Below, one piece after another: positions 49,601-63,117 of a DNA stretch of 64,000 nt; position 1 is the first letter of the stretch, and each line of letters opens with the position of its first letter. A model generated the notes under the pieces. The model was not told where the DNA came from. It searched no databases and saw only the letters and a program-made list of their open reading frames with translations. Both the position numbers and the translations under genes were made by a program. This stretch comes from Octopus sinensis (taxonomy: Eukaryota): positions 82,088,001 through 82,152,000 of the forward strand of contig NC_043004.1 of the NCBI RefSeq assembly GCF_006345805.1. The letters are read 5' to 3'.

Positions 49601-52141
49601 GTGTGTGTGTGTATGTATATATATATATGTATTTATGTCAGGTCACTTTCGAGTGCTACTGGTAACATGTAACCCAGTACAACCTGTTGCCTGGTTGGGC
49701 CGTCGGCGACTAAACCGGCAACCCCACCAAGCTTGCTTGGTGAGGATGGGGATTATTGGACACCCTGCGGGATGAAAAACAAAACCCGTCAAAGGGTGGA
49801 AGAACTCTTGAGAGTCAACGGCCATTCGATAAATGTGTATTTTTTTTTTCTCTTAAGCCTTAAGGCTGTATCATGCGCGGGGACATAGAAATAATTGGAC
49901 TGAATACCCGATCGCGCGGTTAAACCATTGGGAGTGAAGGACTCCTAGCCTTTGTTAAGGCATCCTTCTAGGAGAAGGTAACTCAGGTAACTGGGATAAC
50001 TCCGACATAAAACCTGCGGCTCAGTGGTTACCGATGATGTTGATTTGTTCTTCTTTTCGGATTATGGCTGCTGTTGCTTAGTTAGTGGGATTGACTCTGT
50101 GCACAGCCTTTCCTCACTTAAAAAAATCTTCTTTCACAGGGATTGCACGATAACAACATTGTTCATGATTGTTGATGGTGCTGTGAGTCTCAACTGAATG
50201 GCTGGCTGTAGCCTTAAAAAGCAAATATAAGTCACATTCGATCACAGCACCAATAACAGTTAAGCTTCGTGCAATGGCCATACTCGATAACAAGGGGGCA
50301 GCCATCATGTATGTATGTATGTATGTATGTATGTATGTATGTATGTATGTATGTATGTATGTATGTGTGTGTGTATGTATGTATGTATGTATGTATGTAT
50401 GCGTGTGTATATGTTCGTGTGTCTGTGTTTGTTCCCCCAACATTGCTTGACAACCGATGTTGGTGAGTTTAAGTTCCCGTAACTTAGCGATTCGGCAAAA
50501 GTGGACGATAGAATAAATACTAAGCTTACAAAGAATAAGTCCTGGGGGTCGATTTGCTCGACTAAAATCGGTGCTCCAGCATGGCCGCAGTCAAGTGACT
50601 GAAACAAATAAAAGAGTAACAGCTTTGTTCTTTCATGAAAATCGTTCCATCAAAATATTTTTTATATGTACAAATGTAAATATAAACGGTTCGGTTTGAT
50701 AGAGCTATATGAATGTTCAAATAAAGAATAAGATTTTCGTTCTAATCTTCACACGACATCAGCCTACCTAATACTAGGAGCTGCCAACAAAGAATTTATG
50801 ACTAATATCATAGTAAAACTAAAAGAATTACGACATCTCGTTTTATTATCCCATTTTTCTTTCGAAATTAAATATAATAACACAGCGGCTGTACACAAAG
50901 CGACAGTTCATACTCAGATTAATGACTTTAAAAATAAAACATATTTTTTGTTTCACTGGTTATTGATTGCATGTCTGCCGTTGTATGAGTCCTATTCATG
51001 TCCAAACACCGCCATGTTTGCTTTTGAAATCGTCGGAGCCTATCATTAATTTGCAATTGTATACAAAATAACCAGACAAATTAAAACTGAAGAATGAGAA
51101 TTGATTATATTCGATGTAATTTTGACCTGGACAATATATTCTCGACGGACTTACATATTTTTTCTCTCCTCAAATTTATGGCTTTTGCTGTAAAAATTCT
51201 AAGTGTCATCAATCACCGACTACCCACACGCACACACTGTTGATTACACACTCAAATACCCGTACACACGTACGTGAATACATGCATTCATGCATGCATG
51301 CAATACATACATACATAACGACATACATACATGTTCACGTACATTTATATATACGTGCAACCAGATACGCACAAACATATAAACATGCATAGACATATAA
51401 TGTGTAAGTATATGCGTGTATGTGAATACACATATGCATACAACAATATAATACATGTACTTGCATGCACATTGCCCGTCTGTCTGGCTATATATATATA
51501 TATATATATAATATATATATATTACTCATATATGCGTGTATATGTACATGTAGAGGTAGGTACGTACATATATGTTATATATATGCATATGTTTATTTAT
51601 TTATTAATATATATATATATATAATATATATATATATAATATATATATATATATATGTACACAAGCAAACGTACAAACATGTGTGTATGTATGTATATGG
51701 ATATATATATATGTATTTATATATATATATACACATATAGATATGTTTCTTTATTAGCCACACAGGGCTGCACACAGATAGAACAAATTACAAGGTAGAG
51801 CTTTTTTTTGAAGGTATTAAAAAAAAAAAAAAAAAAAAAAGGAAGGGGGAGGTTCGATCAAAAGGGATCGTAAAAGGAGAGAAAGAGGACAAAAATAAGG
51901 GGGGTTAAAAAAAAAAAAAAAAGAAAAAAAAGGGGGGGAGAGGAAAAAAAAATGATCAATAGGATCGTTATCACAGAAATGTCAATATGAAGTGTAAGGG
52001 GAGGACAGGTGAGGTTTACCCGTGGAAAGAAAAGCCTGCGGAAAAACCACGGTAACCTCGGTCAATGAAGTCACATTTTATATTTTTTTTTTTTTTTTTT
52101 TTTTTTTGCAAATAAGCAACTCTCTGTTTTCGATTCTGGGT

Positions 52142-55100
52142 TCATAGGACTATGCTCAAGGTGGCTTCGTCATTCATACGTGCCATTCTTGCTACATTCA
52201 CCCATCTTTTTTTAAAACATTCGCTAGACAAAACTTGCCTCTCTACTCTCACTTTCCTTTTCAAGTGGTACTTGAAGAAGTTGATGAGAGATTGACCAGA
52301 GAGGAAAGTGTTTGTCTCAATCCTTTCAGACGCGTCCACCAGATACATTCTTTCGCCATAGCCACAAGGATGATGAAAATAGCTCTTCCTTCCCGTTTGA
52401 AGGAAGGAGGCGTGACAATATTGACGATAGACTCAGCTGATAAACCGACTCGTCCCACACGTGACAGCAGTTGTTCGACATAAGCCCACAGGTCGGAAAT
52501 TGTTGGACACTGAACGAGTGCGTGCAGAACGGTTTCGTCGCTCTGACCGCATCTCGGGCAGGTCGGCCCCGTGTTTCTCGAGCCGTGTCTGTAGAGCTTA
52601 TCCCGAACGGGTAGCGCTTCTCGGTAGCACTGCCAGGCCAGGGATCTCTGGAAGTTGTCCATGGGCCCTGGCCCGAAAGTCGTCCCGAACAGGCGGGTCA
52701 GGTACTCCTCGTCGACGTCCAGGTTCGCCCCGAGCTCGTCGTCGTACCTCCCCTCCACTAAACCCCTATAGAATGCTTTGGTTGTGTTGAAGTCACTTAA
52801 GTCGACCCAGGACGGCAGAGTTGCTTGAGAGCAACGCGACACTCGCGGTGCCATTCGCCCTTCCTCGGCCTCTTTTTGATCCACGACTGCAGTTCGGTCA
52901 TGGAGACGAGCTGCGGGAAAGCGTGCTCACAAACGGCGACCACACCTGTTCACCGTCGTCTACATAGAGCCAGAGATGTCGCAGTCTCAGCGCGTGTCTG
53001 CGCATCATCCAACCACGGCATGCCCAGCCCTCCTTTTAACGGGTGTTGACAGCAAATGGATCGCCTGACCATCGGGACGCATCCTTTCCACAAGAAGCGA
53101 AAGAGGATGCGTTGTAGTTTGGTGATGGTAGGGTCGGGACAAGGTACGACGGTCAGGCGGTAGTAGATGACGGACGCGATGTACGTGTTCGCCACCTCCG
53201 CTCGACCTTTTAGGGACAGTTTCCTCTCGGCCCATTGCCGGGCGAGAGTGACCACCCTACTCGTTATCTCGTTCCAGTTCTTCTCCACTTGGAGGTCCGG
53301 ACCAAACCAGACCCCGAGCAACTCAACCGGGCCGTCGGTCCAGCATCCCACGACGGAGGCGCTGGTGGACGGCATGGGCTTGCTTCTCCAGGTGCCTAGT
53401 CGCAAGCCCACTGACTTTTCCCGGTTGATTTTCGCTCCTGTCACCGCTTCGTAGTTTTTCAGTTCTCGCCGACCAGCTCGATGTGCTCGTGGCTAGACAC
53501 TATGACGGTGACGTCGTCCGCATATGCAGACACGCTCGTCCCGCATCCCAATTCTCGCGGGATGCCCCTTAGAGTCGCCAGCTTCCGCAGTAGTGGCTCA
53601 AGAGTCAATACGTATAGAAGCGCCGAGAGGGGGCATCCCTGACGGACCGAACGTGCAATGTCGAAAGGTCTCGATAGATGTCCATTTACGCGAATTACCG
53701 AACGGATGCCTCTGTACAAGGCAGCTATCCAGCCGCGGAAGACGGGACCGAAACCAGCCGCTCTCAGGACTGCCTCCAAGTATCGATGGTCTACCCTATC
53801 AAAGGCTTTTGATTGATCCAAGTTGATCAGGGCCCCACCCATGCCAGGTTCGTTAACTACCCTGTCTATGATGTAGCGCATCAGATGGAGGTTGTCATGG
53901 ATGGTCCGGCCTGGCACGGCGCATGTTTGCGCCTTGTCGACCAGTTTCTCGATGACAAGCGCCAACCTCTTGGCTAGCACCTTGGCCAAAATTTTCAAGT
54001 CTGCATTAAGCAGAGTGATGGGCCTAAAGTTATCTATTACATTTCCCTTGTTTAGATCTTTCTTCAGCAGTGTTACGGCTCCTCGGCTCACAAAACCAGG
54101 AATGCTCCCGTTTTGCTGCCAGTTGCAGTACACCGCCGCCAAGAGATCTCCAAACAAGTCTGGCATACAATTGTAAAGCTCGTAGGGTAGACCATCCAAA
54201 CCCGGTGATTTGTCCCTCGAGCATTCTGCCATCGCTTCCCGCACTTCCGCCGCCGTGATGGCACCTTCGCAGCACCCTGCCTTTCTTGTCGAGAGTCGTG
54301 GTAGGCTATGTAGGTAGGCACTGAAGTCCACCCTACGTTCTTGCCCTCCACTCGTTCCGAACAGTCGGGCAAAATGCTGCTGAAAGCCTCACACATTTTA
54401 CTTGGCTCGAGCAATTCGCGCCCCTGTGTCATCTACCAGTGACCGAATGGTGGCTTTGTTGCCCTGTTGCGCCTCTGCCACCGGGCCTCTCTCGCGGCTC
54501 CAACACCTTCGTTCCTTAGAGCACGCATCCTAGCTCTGACAGCACATCCTTCGTGTTTGGCGTTGAAGTGTTGGTCGAGGGCCAACCTCGCCGCCAAAAC
54601 GTCGGATGCGATGCCGCTTCTAATTGCCTCTTCTAGCTTCTTAACTAGCTCACCCTCTACTCTATTTCTATCTATGGCTAGTGCTTTGCTGTACCTAATC
54701 GCTTCTGCTTTTACTGCTCTCTTGAGGGCAAACCACCATTTGTTGTTGATGATGGCTCCCGTCAAAGCCCTCTTTACTAGTGTGCTAATCCGGTCTCTGA
54801 AAACTTGTCTCGATGGGAAAGACGCGTTTAGTTTCCAGTATCCGGGACCCTGCCTAAGTGTCTTACCTAAGTCTAGCGTACATGTCACAAGTTTGTGATC
54901 CGTGTAGCTGACTATGTGGAATTGTGGACATCCTATGCTATCTCTATCTACTGTCCTACACAGTATCCTATCTAGATACGATCTCGACGACCCGATGCGG
55001 TTGCTCCATGTCCACGTTGGCGCATTCGGGTGGTCTAGTCGAAACCTGTCAGACAGTTGAAAGCGTCTGAGCAGGTCTCTGAGGCATTTGCATCCCCGTC

Positions 55101-55574
55101 TATTCCTATCTCTACCCACGTAGTCTACATGCGTGTCCAAGGTAGCATTCCAATCCCCCACTAAGAGTAAAGGACGAGACGTTCCCAAGAAAACTTCTAG
55201 ACGTTGAAAGAAATCCGCCCGACCTGTTAAGGGCGGTGCGTAAACTGATACGAGCCGAAAAGCGCACCCGTTGCTGCCGTCGACATCCAGGACGACCAGT
55301 CTACCCTCCGGGTCTACGAATATTGTCCTTACATTGAGATCCAGACTCTTGTGAAAAAGTACCGCGGTGCCACTACCGCCCATTCTCGGCAGACAGGGGG
55401 AAAAATAAATGTTGAACTGTCCGCCAAACATGGTCTTTAGGGCCCGCGGATTGTGGAGTCTGGTCTCGCTTATGGCTATGATTTCTAACTTATGTGACTT
55501 TATGTCATTTAGAGGTACCCTTGTTTCCAAGGGGACCCCAAGCCACGCGCATTTACACAACCAATCTTGATCAT
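52142..55574 (-). pseudogene. Tx1-like ORF2 (APE endonuclease-RT-CCHC) with several frameshifts
   Basis: MIKIGCVNARGL, ISETRL, LVGDWNA, YLDRIL, TDHKLV (APE); KSPGLDGLP, FRPITLLNADLKILAK, LDQSKAFDRV, VRQGCPLS, YADD (RT); CPRCGQSDETVLHALVQC. Confidence 0.93.
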
Positions 55575-55813
55575 AGTTCTAATGAATTAGAATACAGAGG
55601 GTTACTTACTGCTCGAAAGTTTTTGCTTTCTCTCCGTTGGTTTGTCCTCGAGAAGATCCCAGTACTTTCTTTGTGAGATATTTTTGGCATTTACCAACCG
55701 CACTGGGGAAAATGCCTTTGAGTGTGTGGTGCAGACTTTTGGAGATGTGTATTATTTTGATGTGGTCTGGTGGTGTTGTGTATGGGTGGTTGTTTGTTTT
55801 TATGTCTCTTCTG

Positions 55814-57589
55814 TTATGTTGTTTTTGATTGGATGTATTCCATCAAATTTGTGTTTTTGGTGTCTATGGCTGTGAGCATGTTTGCTGTATATGTTTTTGT
55901 GGTGTTGTGTGTGGCTGTTGTTTGCGTTGGGTTTTGAAATGTCTTCGGAGATGTATTTCCCCCTGCTTTGTTCGTGTTTGCATTTGGTTTGGTTGTGTTT
56001 CTGCTCTTTATTTTCCTTCTTTTTGTAGCTATTTGCCATTCCTCACTGGTTTCGTCTTCCGACGAAATTTCTGAGGAATCAGAAGGGGGTAGGGGTATGT
56101 TGTGGGCTTCTATGTATGTCTGTGTAAGTGGTTGTGTTGTTGTTTTCGTTGTTGGTTGTTGAGTGTTTGTGTGTGTTGAGTGCGGTATAAGGGATGGGGG
56201 ATCAGTTTGTGTGTGTTTTCTTTGTTTTTCTGTTCCTTTGGGTTTTGCTGTTGATGGTAGTGTTGGTATTTTTCCAGGTGTCGAGTGGTTTTTGGTTGAT
56301 GACGGATTAGCTTGGTGTGCTTCTCTTGTCGTCTTCTGTGTTGATGGTGGTGTGGGTAGTAGAGCTTTTTTTCCGGAGTGCTTTGGTTGTGGTAGTGGTT
56401 GTTGTTGTTGCTCTGGTGTGCAGTGGTTGGGCACGTCTTTTTCAAGTGTGTTTCGCTTCCACACAAATAGCAGCGTGTCGCCTGCCCTCTACCACTATAT
56501 AGAGTTTGTAGCCTCCTGGCAGTTCTATAGCGGTGGGTATCTTCTCTCTTGCTGCTTCATCCAATTGAAGCAGGAATTCGATTGATTTGCCCACATAGTC
56601 TTTCTCTCCTAGAACCGCGATTTCCAGGATGTTTGTCTCTGACATTTCAAAGCAGATGGCAGAGACCACCCATTGTGTTTCGACATCAAATGGTATGTTT
56701 TTTATTTGGACTTTCGTGACCCTTTTGTTTAAATAGACTGGTATCATTACCAAGTCGTCCGAATGTAGCTCCAATGTGGAAAAACGTTTTGCTAAACTTT
56801 CGTTGAGGAAACGTACTTGGACTGTACCAAATTTGTTTCCCCAACTGATATATTCCTTGGAGTCCCATACAGGACGAAGGCATTTATCGATTTTTTCCTG
56901 CGGTGCATTTTCTGTCTTCTTGTTTTTTTGTTTATTACTTTATAATTATTGTTTTTTTTTGTGTGTTTTCCACGATGTGTTGTGGAATATGAAGGTGCAA
57001 TTTGTCTCCTTCTTGGAGAAGAGTGCCTTTGTGCGGTTTATCTCTTGTGTGGTGAATGTTACAATTGTTTTTTTGTTTTGTTACGTCCGCAAAATTCGTT
57101 TTGAATTTGGCAGTAGAAGTGTTAATTGTGGCAGTGTTAATTGAAGTCATGGTAGTGGTGTTGGTGTTGGCGGTATTAGCAGCAGAAGGCTTGGATGTAG
57201 CATTTGACGTCGTAGTAGTGGTGTTGGTGTTGGCGGTGTTGTCTTTGGTAGGCGGCTTTGTGCCAATTTCGTTGTTGTTGTTGTTGTGGTGGTGATGGTG
57301 GTGTGCTGGCATTCATGTTTTCGTTTGTATTCATTTTTGAAATCCCTTTCTCTGTCCCTTTATCATCAACAAGTGGTGTGGGGAGTGAGGGGAAATCTAA
57401 GTTAACGTCTTTGGTCGCGGCGATGGTGAATGCGACGTTAGATTTGTTGTTGTTGTTGTTGGTGGTGGTGATGGTGGTGACAGCGGTGTTCACGCTGCGA
57501 TGTTTAGCAGCTAGTGGTAGCAATAGTGTTTTGCTACCGTTCTGCATGACTGGCGGGCTAGCCACGTGGTTTCTAGTTGCCATTTTCAA
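55814..57589 (-). pseudogene. Tx1-like ORF1 (gag-like, zinc knuckle), frameshifted
   Basis: RVTKVQIKNIPFDV, C..CGSETHLKKTCP, WQIATKRRK; Thr/Asn/Gln-rich linkers. Confidence 0.75.
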
Positions 57590-57819
57590 AATGAAAAATG
57601 ACTAAAAAACCCACGAAAGTTTTGAAAGTTTTTTTGTAATTTCGCCCATACAGGGGCGGAATTCTACGTGAATAATTCTCAGGTTTTTTAGTGAATGAAT
57701 TTGCACAACGATTAAAACAAAATATTTGACAACAAGGAGTTTTAAACATGTAAAAGTGGCCAACTTACTTGGAGCCGATATGACTAGCGTCCGTCCATTG
57801 TGATAGAGATAGATAGATC

Positions 57820-57874
<55 letters not shown>

Positions 57875-57906
57875 CACATATATATATATATATATATACA
57901 TACATG

Positions 57907-57946
<40 letters not shown>

Positions 57947-58068
57947 CATACATACACATATATATATGTGTATATATATGTATATATATATATAAACACA
58001 CATATATATGCATGAATATATACATACACACACGCACACACATATACATACATACGTACATACATATA

Positions 58069-58102
<34 letters not shown>

Positions 58103-58807
58103 CACCGAGTGAAGGTGCGTCGACAAGTGGTTAGGATGTTCGGTACTTGATCATAATGTCATGTGTTCAAACTCTGGACTGGGATCTGTGCGTTTTTTTT
58201 TTTTTTTTTTTGAGCAAGCCAGTTTACTAAATGAGAACCAGCCAAATGTTAGTTCTGCTGTCTCTCTCTCCCTTCATCTCTATCTCCCCGTCTCTCTCTC
58301 TCTCTCTCCCTTTACACACTTTCGTGTAGAACAGCAGTAAATTATACCCGTTCGTGGCTGACATCCATCTATCTGTTTATCTATCTGCCTTCACTCATAT
58401 CTCTCCTCCATCTCTAACTTTATCCATATAACAGAAACAACAACAGTTAAGACCGCCTTTATAAATTAATATGCGGCCGCGGAACCATGCCTCTGATTGT
58501 CGCTTAACCTACAATGACCTTCACAAGGTTGGGTCGCTAGTGATTTAAGCCGCAACCACAATAAGCTTGCTTGGTGAGAAGATAATTATTGGATATCTTG
58601 AAGGACGAAAAGAAATCCTGCTTAGAAGAAAGGTGGAGGCGAACTCGAACCTACGACCATCTAATATTGAGCAGGTGTTCTGTGGTAGCATTTCAAAGCA
58701 GTTTTGGTCAGTCCCAGGTTGACCAAAACCGTGTGAGTCGATTTTGTAGACGGAAACCGAAAAAGCCCGTCGTATATATATTGTGTGTGTGTGTGTGTGT
58801 GTGAGTT

Positions 58808-58838
<31 letters not shown>

Positions 58839-59220
58839 TGAGTTTGTGTGTGTTTGTTCTCTATCACCGCTTCATAACTGGTGTTGGTGTATTTGCATAC
58901 CCGTAACTGTCTGAAGAATCAGTAATATCTTGACCACGATGTAGATACTGCAGAACTGTAAAAAAGTCCAACAAGCAACTGGAAAAGCTATAAACACTTG
59001 GCTGAATATCTTAAGAAGTGATTCTTCTTAATTTGGCAAAGACCGACAGATTTTAGGATTGATTACCATAGGTTTCAGTACTTAAAATGGTACTCATTTT
59101 AATCGATCCCGAAAGGGTGAAAAGCAAAGTCAACCTCAGCAAAATTTGAACACAGAATTCCAAGTCTGAAGAAATACTGTTACGTATTTTTATCTGATGC
59201 GCTAAAAATTCTACCATTAC

Positions 59221-59520
59221 GTCGCCTTTCCTGTTATTCCACTGCTGTTCGTGCCAGTTCGCCGCTTTTCCTGCTAACTCGTCGCCTATCCTGCGAGTTC
59301 CACGCCTTTTCTGCTAACTTGTCGCCTTTGCTGATACCCAGCCGCCTTTCCTCTTATCTCATCGCTTTTCCCGCTAGTTCACCGCCTTTCCTGCTAGATC
59401 TCCGTCTTTCCTCTTAACTCGCTGCTTCTTCAACAAGTCAGTCGTCTTTCCTGTTAGCTCACCACCTTTCCTGCCAGCTCACCGCTTTTTCTGTTAGTTC
59501 ATCGCTTTTTCTGCTAGCTT
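59221..59520 (-). repeat. ~20-bp minisatellite (~15 diverged units) resembling the SINE B head
   Basis: Minus-strand unit GAGCTAGCAGGAAAGGCGGC; leads directly into a decayed SINE B at ~59060-59220. Confidence 0.8.
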
Positions 59521-59751
59521 TAGTTATGATTCTCCAGTTTATTTGGGGGTTGTCCACCATCCAATCTTTAAGGTTCTCTCCCAGATTAGACAAAGATGTT
59601 GCATGTTTTTTTATTCTTATCTCTAAGCGAAGACAAGTACTCCTTGTCATCAAACATGAAAGCTGAATAGCAACATTCTTAAGTGGAGTGCTTGACAAAT
59701 TGCAGGATTTTTCTGCATGAAGCCACCGATAGCATTGTTAAGCCACAAATA

Positions 59752-59835
<84 letters not shown>

Positions 59836-59844
59836 TGATTCAAA

Positions 59845-60035
59845 ATGTGACCGCGTGTGTACCCTTGGCGATTTTTTTCCCTCTGTCTTCCCTTCTCTGG
59901 ATATTTCCTTCTATGTTTCCGACGAAGAGCTCCGCTCGAAACGTTAAACACTCCTTCTTTCCTGAGCGTCCAATAATACTATATTTGTTCTACATCCTCG
60001 CGTTGTTGTGTTTTATTGTGCTTTCGTGTTTGGAT

Positions 60036-60040
<5 letters not shown>
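59845..60040 (+). mobile_element. Solo Penelope-like pLTR unit between (CA)n and (TA)n
   Basis: Matches 44090-44285; hammerhead-like GTTTCCGACGAAGAGCTCCGCTCGAAACGTTAAAC at 59915-59949. Confidence 0.8.
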
Positions 60041-60105
<65 letters not shown>

Positions 60106-60155
60106 CATATACACCACCACATATATATAAATACATACATACATACACAAACACA

Positions 60156-60200
<45 letters not shown>

Positions 60201-60894
60201 TGTCACTTAAAATTTGCTCTGTTTCAGCTAAATTCTCTCAAAATACCACGTTTACCGCTATAATGCCTCAGTTTCTGTAAAAGATCGTAATTTTCGTGGA
60301 AGTCTTCATGAATACGTCATTTTCCATTAAAACCTTACTTCTTTTATGCTTCTTATCCGACAATAACGGAAAAAATTCCGTTATTGTCGGACAGTTTCTA
60401 ATATTTCTGATAATCTATATCACGTTATCGATAATTCCTACTTGCTGTTGTTCAATGGGAGCTCTTTAGTGTTTGTCTAATCCAAAGGGAGCGAACCAGG
60501 CCCTTTTCTTCACAATAAAAAATTAAATGGTATTTTTGTTACATCATATAGTTTGCTCCGGGTTCAATACCACTATGTAGCACCTTATACTAGTGTCTTT
60601 TATTATAGCCCCAGGTTGACCAAAACCGTGTGAGTCGATTTTGCAGTCGGAAACTGAAAAAAGCCCGTCCTATATATTTGTATGTGTGTGTGTTTGTTCT
60701 CTATCATCGCTTCACAACTGGTGTTGGTGTATTTATATACCCGTAACTTATCGGTTCGACAAAGAGATCGATAAAACAACTACCAGGTTTTTTTTTTTAA
60801 ATAAGTACTCAGGTCGATTCATTTGACTGAAATTCTTCAAGGCGATGCCCCAGCATGGCCGCAGTCTTGATGACTGAAACAAGTAACAGATAAA

Positions 60895-60971
60895 AGATCA
60901 TCATCACCATCGTCACTGTCATCAACATCATCATCATCCTCATCATCACCATCGCCATCATCACCATCACC

Positions 60972-61025
<54 letters not shown>

Positions 61026-61100
61026 GTCATCGTCATCGCCACCATCACCATCATCCTCATCACCATCACCATCATCATCATCATCATCATCATCATCCCA

Positions 61101-61131
<31 letters not shown>

Positions 61132-61153
61132 TCATCACCATCATCATCACCAT

Positions 61154-61194
<41 letters not shown>

Positions 61195-61232
61195 GCAGTA
61201 GAAGAAGCAGCAGCAGCAGCAGCAGCAGCACC
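60895..61232. repeat. Compound trinucleotide array (CAT/CAC)n then (CAG)n
   Basis: Direct reading. Confidence 0.97.
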
Positions 61233-61741
61233 AGTCGCAACATTATCGACATCACTGTCTCAGGTCCTAAACCTTCTGAGACTTGTTATCTGGTTTCCGC
61301 CGGTCGCTCGGTCGCAGGATGACTCATTCTTGCCAGCTGATTGAATTGATGCAACGTGAAGTGAAGCATTTTGCTCAAGGACACAACAGATCACGAGGTC
61401 CGGGAATTGAAACCACGATCTTGTGATCGCGAGTGCAGTACTCTATCCACTACACCACGTGCCTTTACCCGTTTTCATTACGGAAAAGTAAAACAACAAA
61501 ACAAAACAAGGAAATGCTGAACGGGGTCTGATCCAAAAGTAGTGGGGCTGTTGCTATGGGAACGGAGAGAGTGAAGCCGCTTGGCACAGATTGACCTTGA
61601 ACTCTGTCGCGTATGCACACCAAGTTTTACCGTTCTAGCTCACTTGTGTTGTTTATAGCAGAGCTTGGAAGTGAAGTGTGTAGAGTGTGGTCGTTTCACC
61701 ACAGCACAAAGGTTCGATCGGATACCAAGAGAGAGAAAATG

Positions 61742-61772
<31 letters not shown>

Positions 61773-61783
61773 ATGTGAGTGTA

Positions 61784-61851
<68 letters not shown>

Positions 61852-62420
61852 TGTATGAGTGCGTGTGTGAAAAGAGAGACTGGTTGATGGTTATTAAGGC
61901 AAAGAATCTTTCCAAAACTTGAATCCCATTTGAGAAGAACAAGATTTCAAGACGTCGAGGAACTCCAAGAGAATGCGACGAGACAATTTCTCGCTATGTA
62001 GGATTGGCTGTGTGGTAAGTAGCTTGCTTACCAACCACATGGTTCCGGGTTCAGTCCCACTGCGTGGCACCTTGAGCAAGTGTCTTCTACTATAGCCTCG
62101 GGTCGACCAAAACCATGTGAGTGGATTTGGTAGACGGAAACTGAAAGAAGCCCGTCGTATATATGTATATGTATATATATGTATATTTGTGTTTGTCCCT
62201 CCAACATTGCTTGATAACCGATGGTGGTGTGTTTACGTCCCAGTAACTTAGCGATTCGGCAAAAGCGACCGATAGAATAAGTACTAGGCTTACAAAGAAT
62301 AAGTCCTGCGATCGATTTGCTCGACTAAAGCCGGTGCTCCAGCATGGCCGCAGTCAAATGACTGAAACAAGTCAAAGAGTAAAAAGAGTATCCCACAAAA
62401 GTAGTGTTCAGGAATGCTTC

Positions 62421-62863
62421 GGATCTTTTCGGTTTGAACGGCAGTTTTTTCTAGCGGTGTCATATGAAATTGTCACCCATAATTATGACCCTATTATCGA
62501 TCTATTGCATTTCAATCTGTTTTAGGGCTAGGGTTAGTTAGGGTTAGTGTTAGGGTTAAAGTTAGGGGTGGGGGAAGGGTATCTTTCTTTCTTCAGAAAT
62601 GTAAATAAACCCAATCTGTTTCTTAAACGCGGGACATATTCATACTGCACAGAATGTTTTCACCTCAATAGACGTCATTGATTGGTTGAAATTGCAGAAA
62701 TTGAAGAAAATAACAACAAATAGCTTACAAACTATAGAATTTTCTCAATAAAGCCAAGAGAAAAAGATGTTTCATAAACACATTCTACCAGTATAAGAAG
62801 TTTAAAAGTGTTTAGTTACGTGGAAATTATTTTAAAAAACTGCCGTTCAAACCGAAAAGATCC
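62421..62863 (+). mobile_element. Merlin-like MITE, copy 2
   Basis: Same TIRs; flanking duplication ATGCTTC (7 bp match). Confidence 0.8.
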
Positions 62864-63117
62864 ATGCTTCCATCAATGGAAACGACACGGAATGTGGGTG
62901 ACTTTAGAAGGCGATTAATTCAAACGAGATTCAAACGGTCAAATTGTCATGTGTTCTAGTTTTCTTTTTCTTGCACCAGGCCGGATACTGTACGATCAGA
63001 CCTCGTATCAGGATTCTTACGAGGATGTGATAATAATTGTTAGCCAAACTATCAGCTGGTTATCCAGGACCATTATTCATTCTCTTCTAATCAGATTGAA
63101 GCTATAGTTTAACCACC

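Larger units (their letters stand above)
51745..57790 (-). mobile_element. Full-length (~6 kb) Tx1/L1-clade non-LTR retrotransposon
   Basis: ORF1 and ORF2, 3' UTR ending AATAAAGAAA(TA)n at ~51750, 5' end abutting (GATA)n. Confidence 0.9.

Noticed and set aside
49655-49730. HDV-like ribozyme
   Set aside because: Only simple hairpins; I could not assemble the nested double pseudoknot
50990-51040. Minus-strand AAACATGGCGG as a gene start or promoter motif
   Set aside because: ORF is 7 codons with no donor or other support
52100-55600. Bacterial contamination or horizontal gene transfer, suggested by high GC
   Set aside because: Encodes APE-RT-CCHC of a eukaryotic non-LTR element, contiguous with its ORF1 and UTRs
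59459-59698. Heptad coiled-coil coding repeat
   Set aside because: Period is ~20 nt, not 21, and stops occur; better explained as a SINE-head minisatellite
60809-61255. Poly-Leu/poly-Met or poly-His/poly-Gln protein
   Set aside because: Pure trinucleotide array with no other coding signal
62521-62580. Telomere or chromosome-fusion scar
   Set aside because: Short degenerate TTAGGG tract internal to a multi-copy MITE
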